A DNA stretch of 64,000 nt from Octopus bimaculoides (Eukaryota), in assembly GCF_001194135.2 (NCBI RefSeq), contig NC_068988.1, positions 16,008,006 to 16,072,005 on the forward strand. Reading direction: 5' to 3'. This document shows positions 61,591-64,000 of the stretch, piece after piece. A program made the translations under genes and the position numbers. Under the pieces are notes generated by a model. It did no database searches and had not been told where the DNA came from. It worked only from the letters and a program-made list of their open reading frames with translations. Position 1 is the first letter of the stretch. The number at the start of each line of letters is the position of its first letter.

Positions 61591-62837
61591 TACCAAGTCA
61601 TTCCATAAGTTCAGTCCGATTTTATCATTTTTAAAATTGAATGAAATTTAATAGTATTTGATAATATCCAATGGAGTTTAAAATTATTTTTATGAATTTG
61701 TGTACATTTAAACTAATTAAATGTTATTTTACAGAATAATAGAATTAAAATTTCTTTATTTAAAAGCCTTTCTAACATGGAAGTATCCAAAGAGCATTTA
61801 AGGCACATAATACTTTATGAGTACAAAAAAGGACACTCTGCAGCCGAAGCGACTCGAAACATACACTTATTTTATGGGAAAGAATGCTTGAATGAAAGAA
61901 CTTGCAGAAGATGGTTTGCAAAATTCAGAAGTGGAGATTTCAGCCTTGAAGATGAAGATCGAACAGGTCGTCCAGTTGAGTTTGATGATAAGCTTTTCGA
62001 GGCATTATTTGAAGAAAATCCTGAATAATCAGTTGAAGAATTGGCAATAAAGCTTAGTTCAAACCATACAACTGTCCATCGTCATCTTCAACAACTTGGA
62101 AAGGTTCCTAAACTTGGAAAATGCGTGCCTCATGAATTGTCCGAAAGCAACCGCAAATGCCGAGTTGATATCTGCTCTTCTCTCCATTCTCGCGAATTCA
62201 TTTTCCCCTCTTTTGGATAGACTTGTGACTAGTGACGAAAAATGGATCTTCTATCGAAATGTTAAACGTCGGAAATAGTGGCTTGGTAAAAGGGAAAAAG
62301 CTCAACCACAACCGAGAAGGGAATTTCATGGAAAAAAAGGTTCTTCTCTCTATTTGGTGGGATTGCAAAGGAGTAATTCACTTCGAATTGTTACCACCTA
62401 ATGCAACAATCAATACTCAAGTCTACTCTCAGAAATTAGAGCGTTTAAACCAAGCTTTGAAGTTAAAAAGACCTGCTTTAGTGAATCAAAAAGGAGTGAT
62501 GTTTCATCAGGACAATGAGCGACCCCACACTGCAAAGATCACATCACAGAAGATCGAAGAGCTTGGTTGGGAAAAAATTCCTCATCCACCTTATTCTCCC
62601 GACCTTGCTCCTTCTGACTTTCATTTGCTTCGTAGCTTACAGAATCATTTGGGGGTCCTTCGCTTTGAAACCAAAAGAGTTTTACATTGATGGGATTAAA
62701 AAGCTTGTAAATAGATGGAAGGAGGTCATAGATAATCAGGGAAAGTACATTGATAATTAAATTTCAATTAAAGATAACATTTGATCACTCGTTTTCTTTA
62801 TTCAAAATTCGGAGAGAACTTATGGGATGACCTGATA
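61591..62837 (+). mobile_element. Near-full-length decayed mariner (DD34D, Hsmar1/Mos1-like)
   Basis: TIRs TAccaagtcattccataagttc and gaacttatgggatgacctgaTA; MEVSKEHLRHIILYEY...RWFAKFRSG...CVPHEL...VTSDEKW...FHQDNERPH...HPPYSPDLAPSDFHLL, with stops, frameshifts and a C-terminal deletion. Confidence 0.95.
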
Positions 62838-63591
62838 TTACTGAATGATGTGTGTATACAACGAAATCAGGTCGGCTCTGTGGTGATACGATTGCATTTT
62901 TGTGAATTCTACTTACATTTTTGAAAGGGGTTCGGCTATGAAAAGGAAATTAGAACAAGATTATAGATATCGATTCAGAAGACTCTGAATCATTTAAGTG
63001 GTGTATGAAATTGTAACTTTCTCTTTCGTCACATTTTTGCTTTTATAAAAGTGTCGAGGGCACGTATTTCAATATATTCATACATAGAAATTCACATTCA
63101 CACTCACATACAATGATATCAAACAAAGGGAATGAGTGTTCAACATTTCATTTGGTGGAACAATATTCCTCTGTTCTTTTTGGTGATTATCAGTGCTACT
63201 TATCGTTTCATATGGAAAGAATAGTCTCATCCAATATCGAAGTGATTACCAACATTTTTAAGCGAACGCTCGGACAATTTATGGAAATTTTTTCCACATG
63301 AAAACATTCATAGCAGTATTAAAACACAAATAAAATACCAGCCGCTTTTTTCTTTGTAAGTTAGATATAAACTCTATTGTCTTTCATCGTGTTTGTCTCC
63401 TTTCTATTTCTCACTAAAGAATGACGGTACGAAACGCTTGATTTTATATTCCCCACAATTTCACTGCACTCCGTTTATCGATTTTACAACGAAGTCCTTC
63501 CGTCTCAAACCATGGTTTTCAGCATTCTAAAACAATGCCAGTGCTACGGGTTGTAAGAATACCCATTGTCCTATATTCTGTATATTCTTAG

Positions 63592-63633
63592 TTCCAATGC
63601 CTGGTGGGTCCTGGGTAGCTGGCAGTAACAACG
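63592..63633 (+). CDS. Candidate 42-nt symmetric (phase 1-1) exon, xPMPGGSWVAGSNNx
   Basis: Acceptor tattctgtatattcttag, donor acg|gtaagg; only one of three frames is open. Confidence 0.3.
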
Positions 63634-63929
63634 GTAAGGCAGAAGCTTTCGCATCTAGAAACACTGAGCAGCAGAACTCAATGGGGGTGACTACTGTATT
63701 GGTTCTTGTAAATGACATGTTGAGATGGAACAAGGCTGTAATAAGAAAGTGAGAAGCATGATGGAGGAATAGAAAAAGGTAAAACGAAAGGAACAGGAAG
63801 AAATTCGACTACCTGAAGTGGCCTCAAAGAAATTGAGATGTAATACGGTTTATGTTTATACTATAAAAACAATGTTTTCGAGCGTATTAATATTATTCTG
63901 TACCAATTTATTGAGAGTTATTGCATTAA

Positions 63930-64000
<71 letters not shown>

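Overview
AT-rich, repeat-dominated animal genomic DNA with many microsatellites and N-gaps. It is most consistent with a cephalopod (Octopus-like) draft assembly; this is inferred from the SINE families and simple-repeat content, not proven. I see no intact host protein-coding gene, rRNA, true tRNA or CRISPR array, and most ORFs in the track are translations of microsatellites or gaps. The window holds about 20 copies of one tRNA-derived SINE family plus two other SINE families; decayed Tc1/mariner transposons (near-full-length DD34D mariners at 11.3-12.6 kb and 61.6-62.8 kb, three deleted maT-type copies, one Tc1); several MITEs; fragments of R4/Dong-type and RTE LINEs; and several Penelope-like elements (PLEs). 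The best PLE (21.0-22.5 kb) keeps RT thumb plus GIY-YIG with one stop, an inverted copy of its 3' UTR at the 5' junction, a stuttered junction and a decayed minimal hammerhead ribozyme. Three short candidate exons and one CpG-retaining segment with a strong donor may belong to a long-intron host gene but are unconfirmed. I found no convincing wholly new system; the leads are mostly transposon architecture.
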